Positions 38,348 through 49,408 of a stretch of DNA of 64,000 nucleotides are shown piece by piece. The stretch is from NCBI GenBank assembly GCA_000708835.1, contig DF237275.1, forward strand, positions 36,087-100,086, given 5' to 3'. Position numbers and translations under genes: made by a program. The notes below the pieces were generated by a model. It worked only from the letters and a program-made list of their open reading frames with translations, was not told the DNA's origin and did not search any database. This stretch comes from Klebsormidium nitens (taxonomy: Eukaryota > Plantae > Klebsormidiophyceae). Each line of letters begins with the position of its first letter. Position 1 is the stretch's first letter.

Positions 38348-38996
38348 CGCAACTAATTGTGCGCAGAAGCACGACCATCAATCAAGCCACTTTCCGCTCA
38401 ACACATATTCCAACCAGGAATGCTGCCCCTCCCAAGCTCCCGGAGCTGGCTGGCATTGGCAATTGCACAAAGGAAACTATCTATTCCCCAACTCTGTGCG
38501 TCTCCCTACATCCAAGACCTCAAGCAAGCTGAACTCCACAAACACTTTGAATCAGCGTGCTGAGTTGCCTTTTGGAGGAGGGGCCCCGCGACAATCGCAG
38601 AGACGTCACAGAGCAGATCCCTGCAGTGACTTCTGGACCTGTGAATGCGCTCCCCCGGTGTCTGTCCAAAAGCACCGTTCAAGCTAAAATCCATTTTGTG
38701 GGCAGATTGAGAGCCCGGTACACCACTACTGGCTGCAAGTCAAGAGATTTTACACCAGGGCCCGGGGCTTGACACTGATCAACAGGGGTTTGGCAGCACT
38801 TGCAATTCCACCTGCAAGCAAAGTACCTACAAGAGAAGCACGAGAAGCGACCATTTTCCAACTTGTAAAGGGCGTCTGACTCTAGGATAACTTTCCAGGC
38901 AGTGTTGAACTTTTCTGGCACACTTTCTGTATCTGTGATTGAAGCCTTTGAAAGCTAGGTTTGAGAGCACGTTGTCGCTTCCACCTTTGAGTGGTC

Positions 38997-41900
38997 ATGG
39001 CGACTGATAAAAAGGGGAAGCAGTTTCGGAAGAGGAAAGCGGCAGAAAGCGACGATGACGAAGAGGAGCTGGACGTCAGGTGCCCTTTGAAGCCTGCATA
39101 CTTTACTGATGTAGACTGATACAGAAGTCTAGAAGGCTGTGCATCACCCCGCTGCTCAGATCTTTGCATCTGGATTGCATTACAAGTTTTCATCCTTGCT
39201 TGTATGCAAGTTGTTCAGAGTACGTTCGAACTTGGAAAACCTTTCTGAAAGGAAAGAGTAGAGTGGTCACCGTCGTTCTGGATTACGCCGTAGCATTGTA
39301 CGGTTGGACAATCCTTACGTATCCGCTTCTTTGTACAAAGTTGCCCCAGCATACTCTCCTAAGTAACATCTAAGGGACTGGCTGTGAACACTTACGAAGA
39401 GTTCCTTTCATTGCTCCAGCACGTTGTTCCGTCACCTTATGTCACTCTGAAATCCTTGCACCATCCGAAAGCTCTACTATACTCCTGATGTTGCTCAGAA
39501 ACCTTGTGTCAATCACCACATGGTCTTCCTCCTAGACTGGGGACATAGGAGGAGAACAACCAACTACCTCAGCTAAGTTATGGCTGCGCCCATTGTAGGT
39601 CTGCCCTGGAAGAAACCAAGTACTTGCAGCGGCTGAGGGAGCGTGGAAAGGGCATTGATGCAGAGAAACTAGGGACGGGGGCAAAGGCAAAGGAGGCGAC
39701 CGAGGTGCCCCCAGAAGAGGCCCCCAACGACAGTGAACATGCCCTCCTAGATACATTCAAGCAGGAGACAACTGTCACTGTCGAGGATCCAGCAATGTGA
39801 GGGTCCTTCGGAGCCTTTTGCTTAAAGGGTGGTTCTTCAAGCTTATGGCTGGAAGGTGTCTTGTTGACGGAGAAATCTGTAGACCCTGTGCCGTTTTGTT
39901 GGTTGTAGTTGTCTTGGCCTGAATGTATTTCTGCCAGAATTTCCCGTCAAGTAATCAAAATCTGACAGGGGAGTGAAAAGTGAGTCACTACCTGGACAAG
40001 ACAGGGTCTCGAGTCCGATTATTGTAATCACGCTTAAGAAGGCTGATTGAAGAGCTGCAATTCGGCCTTGAGGGTGTTCCATGAGCCCATCCCTGTACAA
40101 ACCTGCTGCGGCTTGGCTTTCGCAGGCAACGGTACATTGAGGAGGAGCTGGCGAAGCGGAGGGGCACGGCTGTTCAGAAAGCGGAGCAGGCAACGAACGA
40201 GAACGAGTTGTTCATGACGCCTGAACACCTGAGAGTGAGCAGGCTTGTGCATACCTCTACAACAATGTCCAGATTTTGCAATCTAGCCACTGCTTGTCAG
40301 GCGAACAAGGTGAATTTCTGATGGGTCTGGCTGATTTGAGACCCGCGTAGGATCTTGCGATCTATGGGCTTCACCTCATAGGGCACGCTGGCTTTTGGGG
40401 CCGGCTTGGAGCATTCCGCTCCGGTAAAGGGGCGGACCAACCGGAGCTAGGCCCCGTTTTGAGGCCGGTCCATAAGAACAGGGACCGGTCCTTGGGAACC
40501 GGCTCGACCTGCGGGAATCGGCTCCTGTTCTCTGTCAACCGGCCTCGAATCGGGGCCTAGCTCCGGTACGTCCGAACGCTTTTCCGGAGCGGATTGGTCC
40601 GATTGGGCCCCAATTCCGCTCCTGTCCGAAGCCGAAAGGCGCCCTGTGCCTGTTTCGTCTGAATTGGAGGTAATCGTGTAACAGGCCCTTCCTGTCCTTC
40701 AAGAGTGTTTGCAATACAACAGAGGTCTCAGCCAGCGCGTTGAAAGAGCGTGATAAAGTGTATGGAACTGAAATTGCACACCGGTCGATTCAATTCTCAC
40801 TGCGAGATTTGAGTAAGCAACTTTATACACATTTGGTCATCAATCTGTACAGCCCAGGATCCCACGGCTGAAGGAAGTTCAACAGTTCGGAGGCCATTTG
40901 TCGTGCAACTGGTCCTATCTTGATCAACACGATTATACATGGTTCTGAGAAGGGACAATTCGTGATTGCTAAAAGGCGCTTTCCGGCATGCAGGTCAGGA
41001 AGAGGGGCGACGTCGATCTGGGGAGCTCATGGACTACCGGGATTGTGGAGGTCCAATTGCCTGTAGAGTGAGCACCTGCCGTTTCGCACTTTTGGCCTCG
41101 TGCAAAATTGTCGTTTCAGGTTGCGCGTTGACCGAAAACCTACCACTCCCCACTTTGATGTTGTCAGACCACGTGGTTCAGAAAAGTCTGGTTTCGGTAG
41201 TGGTTTGCAGCAAACCTTCCACATATGTGCGCCCTATATCACCCGATTCTGCACCAAAGTGCTCTATCCAAAGCACATGGGCAATGGCCATGAGTAGTGG
41301 CAGTTGCCGACAAAGCTTCTTTGAGCAGAAAAGATGCTAATTTGATACTTATAGGCGACACAATCACCCCAGTGTTGCAAACCTCTTACAAACCCATATT
41401 TATGAACAGCAGGCCTCTGATTGGCTCAAAAACCTGGCATGACCTCGGAGGTTTTCGGTCGATGCGCAACCTTACCTCGCATGGTTCCTCTTATCCTGTC
41501 TCCGTCGACTTTCTCACAGACATAGATTCCTTTTGCTTTTCGTGGTTGGGTGTAGCTTCTCGACTCTCTTACTTCGGCAAAAGCGGCACAAGATCATTTT
41601 CCAGCTCAGATCTGTGACTGCCTTCTTCAGAGCTCCTCGATGCAAAAGAGCGGGTCTGTCTTCAGATCCTTTGAGAGCCTCAGCCTGTAGAAGTCTTTCA
41701 AAAGGCTCGAGACAGGCTCTTTGGAGAAAAAATTATCCTCTGCCTTAAGAAACAAGTCCTTTTAATGAGGAATCACAGGCAGCTTTCTACGCTGAAGCAG
41801 AACACCTGCAGGCCGGACAAACCTGAAGACCCTTACAAGACTCGAGACACGTTCTCCGAAGAAAATTAGTCCTTTGCCCTTAACAAACTAGTCCCTTATA

Positions 41901-42867
41901 CCATGACTACAGGCAGCTTCTTTCAAGTGAGGTAGAACGCCTGTAAGCCGTACAAACCCCGAAGCTCTGACCGACCATGCGGGACTTCTCGAAGTCAGTC
42001 CCGCAATAGGCTGGTGCCAAACTGCGCCTTCATAGTGACCTCAACATATGTCCGGCCATTTTGGACCTCGTTTGAAGCTTTGCAAAGTGGATTCTAACCC
42101 GGTATCTTCTCTGTTGTCCAGTTACAAGCTCAAAAACATAGAAGAAACGGAGGCAGCCAAGAAGCAATTAGCGGAGCAGAGTCGTGGGGACAAGAGCAGG
42201 TGACCCCATCTATCGCGACTCTAAACCCGTTATTCTCGTCTCACCTTCTTGACTGTTGCGTTACCTCGCCATTGCAAAGCATGTTCTGGCATGCGTATGG
42301 TCTTGTTATGTATCGAGGTGGGTAAGCACATTGACAGAAAAAGAGCTCTTTGAATTGGATGAGCGATTCTTCTGCAGGCTTGGCTCCAGCATACCCGCGA
42401 ACTATAGCACAGACTACCACCAACGAGGGAAGGAGTTTGCGAACAACCGGCGAGGTAGGATCTCATGCCGCTTCGTCCTTCGTTTTTTCGTAGTAATTGG
42501 CGGTGTTTGAGAAAGTCTACTCGGCAACTGTTCCATCATGCGACTTGGTTCGAGAATGTGGTAATGTTTGACAAAGTCTGATGTAAGGGTGGTAGTTCAT
42601 CTATGGACTAAGTGCAGCGCTTTGAGTAGATGTACGGTTTCCAACGCTCAGCACTTTCGCCACCTACTGCTTTGTTTACTGTGTCCCATTCTTCCATCTC
42701 CATGGCTGTCGTCGCGCTTTCGGTTGATTTTTCAGAATCAATTGTCTGCAGGGCCGCCTCAAGGGAAGGCTCACAACGCTAGTGGGGAGAAAGGGTTAGC
42801 TGCTACAGACGACATGGTACTTGAGCGCTTTAGAAAACGAGAAACACACAAGGCGATGAGGAAATAA
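38997..42867 (+). CDS. CSU2: TLS1/C9orf78/CSU2 (HCA59-domain) splicing-associated protein. Exons: 38997-39079, 39599-39796, 40126-40234, 40994-41067, 42122-42199, 42378-42454, 42752-42867
   Basis: Spliced product: KQFRKRKAAES..SALEETKYLQRLRERGKGI..LLDTFKQETTVTVEDPAMQRYIEEELAKRRG..WTTGIVEVQLPV..YKLKNIEETEAAKK..IPANYSTDYHQRG..AATDDMVLERFRKRE. This matches the family throughout, and all GT-AG phases are consistent. Confidence 0.92.
40377..40648. mobile_element. 272-bp foldback MITE with CA..TG termini and 3-bp CCT target duplication (CACTA/CMC-like, tentative), in intron 3 of the CSU2-like gene
   Basis: CCT|CATAGGGC ... GCCCTGTG|CCT. Internal inverted arms 40441-40469 and 40538-40566 match at 27/29, and further pairing occurs between 40415-40428 and 40579-40593. 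Confidence 0.7.
41119..41471. mobile_element. 353-bp MITE with 22-bp TIRs (PIF/Harbinger/Tourist-like, tentative), in intron 4 of the CSU2-like gene
   Basis: GGTTGCGCGTTGACCGAAAACC (41119-41140) and GGTTTTCGGTCGATGCGCAACC (41450-41471) are a 20/22 inverted match. Flanks are TCA and TTA, an imperfect TWA-type TSD. Confidence 0.65.
41706..41970. repeat. Degenerate direct repeat of about 130 bp in a CSU2-like intron
   Basis: CTCGAGACA..GAAAATTA.TCCT.TGCC.TTAA.AAAC.AGTCC..ACAGGCAGCTT..AGAAC.CCTG..GCCG.ACAAACC..GAAG occurs twice, at about 41706 and 41842. Confidence 0.6.
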
Positions 42868-45466
42868 CAGACGAAGTCTAAAAGAAATTGTCGGCAAGGT
42901 CAGTCTGCGCCAGGAATGGCGTTCTTGTTTGGTGCTTGTGAGTCTGCTTGCTCCGCTCCAGCACGAGTCGTTAGCATGACTATTAAGTGCAGTGGTATGC
43001 GGCGCAGCCCTGGATGTGCAGGGTTTGTACGTGGGTATGTGGTTAACTCATCATGCAGAAGCCCTCTGACATGCGTGTCGGCGAACACGTCTAGCTCGCA
43101 ACCGCCTAGGCTGCATACGTAATGGTTGATCTGGGTCCCATATGCAAACAATTGACTAGCTGTCGATCTACTCGAAAAGCTAAGTTAAGCTGATGCAGTG
43201 CAAGTACTTTTCGAAGAAACTTCACATATATAGAGCCTGCCCAGGGAATTCTTCACATTTTCGCTTCTCATATTATGTTATGTCAGTGTCCGATATGTGA
43301 TGACTTCCGTGCATTAAGTTCGAACATGTATTGCATGCTGGAGCGTGAACAGGCGTGAGCAGGCGTCGGACGAGGTCTGGATGTGCACATGCCGGGCCGG
43401 CGCACATGACGGATGCGTGTCAGACATGACCGTGACAATCGCTCAAGCCTCATATATATGTGGCGAGGCAATAGTTGCCTAGCAGCTCGATCTATGGGAA
43501 CGGAACTATGTGACACGGCCGCGTGAAAGGTACAGGAATAACCTGAGTCCGATATAAGTTTCCATGCAACTACTTCAATCTGGTATACGCGCCGAAATCT
43601 TTACTATAAAATCTGCTCATGCAGCAAGCCCTACTAATGATCTGATGCTATAGGCGGCCGCGTAACACATGTGCATAGCGTTGTTGAAGAACGTCGCGAC
43701 CCCGCCCCTAACTCGGAGGCCGCAGAAGCCATCACTGCCAGATTGGAAAGTCGATTCGGTTGCATTATAAGGTGATTTTGGCCGTACATATTCGTATCGA
43801 CGGTGCGCGGAACCTCAGCCAAATGTTGGAGTTTCGATGGTGTCAATCGCGCCCGTTGTGCACGAAACTCTTGGCAAATCGAACCGCCGTACGTTACGAC
43901 ATTGAATATTGGCCACGCGGCGCGCGGTGAACTTGCCAATTTTACAGCCATGTCAGAAAATTCAGTATGGCCGTACGGTTGACCGAATTCCACGGTCAAG
44001 CCTCTACGGTTGGTGTAGAATTTAAAGTTCGGTTGCACGCGACTTCGTAACATTTGCGCGCTCAGTCGAAGAGGACACTCCCATTTCAAACTCGGGGTCG
44101 GCGTCACCTAGGTATCACCTACTCCAGTTGAAAGTTCCGAAGTTGGGAACAGCTAGGCCGGTCGAAACAGCGCGGTGCACTTTGGACCGGGCAGCTCAAT
44201 AAGCATGCATACAGCCTGTGCCGGTGCCCGGTGGTCTAGCCGGTAGCTACATTAGCTCTCGGCCTACAAAGTTGAAGGGCCCAGCCGCCCCTAACACCAA
44301 GATTCCGACCTACGACACGCGGCGGTTTCTGAATGGACCTTATCCTGCAAACGAATCTTGCTGAAATGCCCCGACCACTTCTCCATCAAGCAACCGGGCG
44401 GAGTTAGGGGCGGGGTTGCAAGCTACTTCAACAACGCTATGGTGCCAGTAGGATCCAATTTGGCAAATTTGATATGACTTAGTAGGGGCTAGCGAGCCGC
44501 TCCGCAATGAACCATGCGCAGTGCATGCAAACCCAAAAAGTTTCTAAATCTGTGTCGTCCAATCTATTGCAAACATGCATATCATTAGTAGGGCCGGACG
44601 CGGGCAATTGCGCGTTGATGCACTGCCTGAAACCGTGCGCGGGATATAACTACAGCTTCATGGACGTGTTCAGGCAAATTGTTTCCACATGAATCAGCAG
44701 TTGATCAAGTCGAACCAAAGTATCGGAATCTGCGAGGGCAGAACTCATGGAAATTCGGTTGCTCGCTTGACAACTCTTATACTATGTTCGCAACAGGAGG
44801 ACTGATTCTCCAATTCGGCCGAAAGTAAAACGAAGACAGTTTAATATAATCACGTACTTGTCTGTCCTGTACAGCACGGCCTTTAGCAAACCCGCGATTC
44901 ATCTGTTCAGCTCCCATTGGAGAGACTATAAGGTTTATTGTACATTTCATGCAACGATCAGGCAATTCTGTGGCTCTTCCTACCTAAGTCTTGCCGCGCT
45001 GTTTGGAATCCACAGCCAACCCTCCTCTTTTATAGACGCACGTGCAGTTAATCTCGAGCAGAATCGACACCTGTTCCACGAAAGAGATTCCTGTAGACAA
45101 CGGACCCAATTGCCCTGCAAATTTTTCCAAATTGCGCTGCAGCGCTTGCTGCTCGCGCGCCTCTGCATTCTTTCCACTGCCCTCAACGCACATGTAACCA
45201 TCAGATTTCAAATCCTTGACTACAGCCGCTCAACCCGCCCCAAGCGTCGCCGTCGAAACCCAGCATTAATCAAAGCTCAATCCTCATGGAAAAATAAAGG
45301 TCAAATGGGCCCTTGCCAACACCAGGTTAACAAACTCAATACCGCTAGGCGCATCTGAGCCAGCGTTGCTCAGTTGGCGCTTTCTTCACCGGAGCTTAAC
45401 ACGCCCTTCACCACTAATTACCGTAAACCAAGTTGACCCCTGTCTTCACCCACATTCTGGTCGCTG

Positions 45467-47857
45467 TTAACCCGGGCTACTAACTGTCCCCAACTTGAAT
45501 TTGCACACGGGACACGTCGCTTGTTGCCTGAGCCACCGGTCCACGCACTTTTGATGGAACCCATGTAAGCAAGGGAGCGTTCGCACCAGCTCCCCCTCCG
45601 TTACATTCTCTAAACACACGCTGCACGTCAACTCGTCCACGTTGGGGGGGTCAGTGCCCTGCGTTCCGAAGACCCCCTTTGCGGGGTCAGCCGGGAGGGG
45701 GTCTGAAATGGCGGGCAAGGGAGGGGGGGGGGTCTTGTAGGGGTAGCAGGGGAGGGCATTGATCTCGGCCTGCCATGATGAGAAAAGAGAGTATCAGCAA
45801 AGGTGGGAAGGTCAATCCCAAGAAACAAAGCTCCGACTTTACTTTGCTGCCCCCCATTTCGGACGGGTCTGGCTCTTCCCCCGTTCGTAACTTCAGTTCG
45901 TCTTTAGAATCGTATGTAGCGAACTCAGGGAGGGCCAATGAAACAGCAAATGTACGCTCGCTCATAGCACCCAACACATCGGTCTTGTATTGTCACAAGT
46001 CCTATCTTTCGCTCCTTTGGAACATCAGTGCACAACGGACGCATTTATAGCCCCATCAAACTTCTAACCAAGAAAGGGCAGTCAAAGGTCAGGGCCTATG
46101 ACTTAAAGGGCGTACGCCAGGTGTTGCAAGCTGGGCTGCCCTGACAGGCAATCACCGCTTTGTTTGCAATTGATCCGGCAGTCAAATCGACTGATATTTG
46201 GATATCTTAGCTTTTTCTTCGTAACCAAGCGGCCCAATCATGGACGAGATATTGGGGCACTCGCTCAGATCAAGCGCCCAGAGCGCCTGCAACTGCAACT
46301 ACATTCTGGTTCAAAGCACGTTTCAAAACATTACCTTGCACTTTCGCGGTTCACTCCCAAGCAAATGCCAATCCCAGAATCAGAAAGAAAGAGAGCATAG
46401 GAAGCAGCAATAGATATAAGATAGGACTAAAAAAACATGGAAGGATTGTCTCGTCCCCCTACCTCAGAGAATGCGCGCACGTCCGGTGGGTTGTCCGGAT
46501 CCAGCGCCCGCAGTGCATCATAGTCTAATTCATCAAAGTCACGTTCGAGCAGCGCCAGCTGTAAGCGCAGCCCGGTGAAGGCGTCGCGCGGCCCGCGGTA
46601 AAGGCTCCACAGCTGCATGCCCTGGCTCATGCGCAGCTGGTCGCCGGCAAAAACGGTCGCCCCGCCTAGTTGCGATTGGACCTGATGCCAGAGGCTGCAA
46701 GGGTGGGGGGAAATGGGATTAAGAGGAGAGGGTTCAAGGGTGAAACAGGTCAATGGGACTGTTTGGAACTGGAATGGATTCTTAAGAGGACAGCCGCCAT
46801 GCCTGGTTGCGCCATATTGGTGCTAGGTGGCTGATGGGGGAAGAGGACCACTGCGTCACCTTGACAAAAGGGGGGAAGGGGGTCGGTTTCGAGACAGTCC
46901 GTTAAGAGACATTGGTAATTTTCAGTGCAGGGGGTGGTGGGTGTGAGGGTGACATCCCCCATGGAGCTCATTGCTCATGCATTGATTTCAGCGATCATGC
47001 TCAAAGGGACCCAACCACTGCAATCCTACAACAGTACTTGACTAATACAACAGTACTTGACAAAAGTCCGATTCATGTCTGGCACAACTGGTGCTTTGCA
47101 TCAAATCCCCGGTTCTTGACAATCAGTGCTGCTCTCACTCCCCACCCCTGACTCCAGCCGGACTGAGTTCCCCCTCCCATGCCCATTTCATCTTCTTACA
47201 GGTTGCAAAAATCCAGATTATCAATTGCTGACAAAGTGAGGTCTCGAATTCTCCAAATATCCTGAGAAGGTACAGCTGTCCTACAGCTGCTCATGTAAGT
47301 CTCCAAGCCTCGACAAAGGCCAGGTTGGCAAACTATGAGTCGGGGCGACTTTGTGCTTCAATCTGCGCTCCACCTCCCATAACTCTGACACTTATAATGG
47401 GCTACCCTCCCCTTCTTTAACATGGAATGTCGGAAGGAATTCAAGTTGTAAGTGGATGTAAGCCATTCATCTTAGTGCGCTAATCAGCTGAACTTCAAAC
47501 ACAAAGCCCAAGAAAGAACACAAACTGCCAGAACGTCCAACAATCCAGCACCTCCCCAACTAAATTAGGGTTCTAAGGCCAATTATGACCTTGCCTGTAC
47601 ATGCGGAGGCTTGTAACCATGAAGAAGACGCCTACTCCCACCCACAGCAGAAAGTTCGGCGACACCTGCTGCGAGTTCAGAACCAGGAATAGGAGCAGGA
47701 TTGTGACCAGGAACGCAGCGGGGTTCGACTGCCTCGGTCCTGGCCTGTTGCTGGCGCCACCTGGAAAAAGAGGAGACCCTCGCGTCGCCCCTCGTTCTGG
47801 GGGGGATAGTGTGCCTGCCTCGAGGTCCCCCCGGGAACCCCGCAACCCGAAGTTCAT
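45467..47857 (-). CDS. SDIR1: SDIR1-like RING-H2 E3 ubiquitin ligase. Exons: 47857-47595, 46694-46463, 45769-45467
   Basis: MNFGLRGSRGDLE, AFLVTILLLFLVLNSQQVSPNFLLWVGVGVFFMVTSLRMY, GLRLQLALLERDFDELDYDALRALD, EINALP and DELTCSVCLENVTEGELVRTLPCLHGFHQKCVDRWLRQQATCPVCKF all match SDIR1 blocks. Confidence 0.93.
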
Positions 47858-49408
47858 TCTGGCCGCCACAGCTGTGGATGCTTAAGTATGCAAAAAGAAA
47901 GTACTATCTCCTGAAACAGGCATTGGCCGTCCGCCCCGTGGCACACCCCTGTTCACTGCCAGCATGCGTCGGAGGTTTCTTCTTGGCTGCGCGGAGCTGT
48001 GAATAAAGGTAGTTTCGAGGCATGGCCATGGGAAGAAGCGAGAGCATGTCAAAGCAACAGAGAGAAGCAGAGAACGGACATGCATGAGAAGGAGACAGAA
48101 AATTCCGGCATTTGCGGGCACGTACATGGATGTTGGAACTTGGGTCCTTCCCCGGGCATGACACATTGGGACCGGGCTCTGGAGTCTGGCCTCTCTGGAG
48201 GCCTTGTGGTGAGGCTGGCGGCCAAATCTTCAGTGTCAAAAAGGTGTGGCTGTGAATCACAGAGTGCCCACAGGTCTGGGGGTTAACTAGTAACTTTGAG
48301 GTTCTGGAGCCCGGGATCGTCCCAAGGCAAGCCAAAATCTCGCTCAAATCCATCCAGGCTTTTCCACCAGCCAACGCCTGCAGTGGCAGCTGTCAGTGTC
48401 AGTGTCACTTCTCAGTGCCTTATTCTCTGTGAAATTTGTGGACGGTAATTCTGCTTCAATGACACCGAAGTCGATTGGCGTGCTGAAACAGTTTCTCTTT
48501 CGTGGCTTCCTTTTTTGTCACTAAGCGTCATTAAGCGTAGCGCGTTGCATTCCTATGGGAAGGCGTAGGCGTCAATGTTAGACGGTTCGGTGGATTGCGT
48601 CAACCCGGCCTTCCGATACTACAGACTCTGACCGTCTCGCACTATCTCACACAAGCTCCCTGCTTATATACCGCATACGTACCTGCAATTTCGCGAACCC
48701 CTTTGAAGGGTTTCAAAAGACAGGGAGGCGAACCTGTGTTATGAAGTCGGGCGGTAACTTGGCCCAAATCGAGACCAAAGTTCTTCATTATGATCGATGG
48801 CACAATCGGTATTGACTGCGCCATGTTGATCGGGGGATCAGTATCACGCAAGTGTGTGCAACGGGCAGTGTCCACTTGTATCAGGTTTGACACAGTCCCA
48901 ATAAAAATAAGCATCCCGATCTCCTCAAACACTTTCTCTTTATACGATGAGAAAGCCGCACCAATTGTGGTGTTACGAACGAGACCAAAAAAGGATGTCT
49001 GGAGACGATAGACTGGTACTAGGTTGTGAACAATCACAAGTCGGACTCGATTCACTCTTCACACGCGAAGTGATGCTCTCGCCTCCAGCAATTGCTAGAT
49101 TCGATTGGGACTTTCTTATTGCACGGCTATATATGCACACGGTGCATGGAAAAGTACACCATAGGATAATTGCTACGCCTTCAAAAGCAAGACTGCCACC
49201 TACCGCTGCAAATGTTTGCGTGTGACACTGGCGTGCTCAGATCAATTGAATGTAAAGTCTAGCACTTAATGACGACGACCACCTTCTGCACCCATCTCCG
49301 AGCGTAGGAGCTGCAACCTCACTGTGACGGAATATACTTGATGAACCAAACGAAGGTCAAACTAATGCCACCAGCCATTTCGTCAAAATGCGTGGCTACA
49401 ATTTCCTC

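Noticed and set aside
48642-49055. 137-aa minus-strand ORF between SDIR1 and the translocator
   Set aside because: No recognisable motif, no GC3 bias and no splice partners were found.
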